This document shows, piece after piece, positions 63,443 to 64,000 of a stretch of DNA of 64,000 nt. A model generated the notes under the pieces. It did no database searches. It saw nothing but the letters and a program-made list of their open reading frames with translations, and had not been told where the DNA came from. Position 1 is the first letter of the stretch; every line of letters begins with the position of its first letter. Origin of the DNA: Takakia lepidozioides (taxonomy: Eukaryota > Plantae > Bryophyta); contig CM060733.1 of assembly GCA_030704615.1 (NCBI GenBank), positions 59,334,001 to 59,398,000 on the forward strand. The letters run 5' to 3'. The position numbers were made by a program, and so were the translations under genes.

Positions 63443-64000
63443 TGTGTGGACTAGTGACTGATATAGTGGGCAGCATAGTGGCAGCCTAGTGACTGACTAG
63501 TTGTAGCCTAGTGGTTGGACTAGTGGCTGGACTAGTGGTGGACTAGTGGTGTACTAGTGTGTGGTGTGCGCATGTGTTGTGTGGTTTTGGACAGCGATGT
63601 AGTTGTGTAGCGATATGTATGTGCACGACAGCCCAAATGATGCTCATGTTGAAAGATTGGGGAGTTCTTCATGGCATGATGCATCTCATGGTACCCAAGG
63701 CGCCTCTCCCGCTCATGTCCATGATACCTCCATTGTTGGCCAGTCCTCGGCCAGGAAGGGCCTCGCATTTGGCCAGCTCGTTGCTGTGACTCTAGCTAGT
63801 GGCAGTTGGGGTCAAGCCTCTCCTGAAGAGCAAGCACAACTCCTAGGACCATCTTGAAAAATCTTTATATTACCCGTATACAATGCTTTTAACGAAGGAG
63901 AGAGGGTAGCGCTAGATACTGCAGGCCCAATGGTGGACTCATCAATAGTATCGGTAGTATCTGGCACAAGAGCCACTTCAACTACAACATCTTGGCCCAA
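63443..64000 (+). mobile_element. Second LTR of family A; right boundary not determined
   Basis: Restarts TGTGTGGACTAGTGACTG and matches 62925-63114 through ...GCACGACAGC, then continues with new sequence. Confidence 0.75.

Overview
Eukaryotic nuclear DNA from a land plant: spliceosomal introns, a plastid-targeted protein and a PLS-DYW editing factor are present. A non-seed lineage is plausible but cannot be proven from this window. The first ~18 kb is gene-dense: the right end of a CACTA element, plastid ribosomal protein L31, a P-class PPR gene, an NYN/C2H2 gene, a PLS-E-DYW PPR gene and an uncharacterised type II membrane protein. From ~18 to 64 kb the window is mostly repeats and pseudogenes: minisatellites, a hairpin-repeat array, a ParB-like remnant, triplicated RPL27 fragments, a processed prolyl 4-hydroxylase copy, a ~6-kb L1-type LINE, a frameshifted MARF1-like NYN-LOTUS gene, and DNA ligase IV and PPR remnants. 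The standout is a decayed Ty3/Gypsy LTR retrotransposon at ~55.9-63.1 kb. Its pol region carries a complete, non-permuted DNMT3-like C5 cytosine methyltransferase between protease and RT, and a PHD finger after integrase. The element therefore encodes both a chromatin writer and a chromatin reader. A second LTR of the same family begins at 63443. All domain calls come from manual motif recognition; no searches were run.
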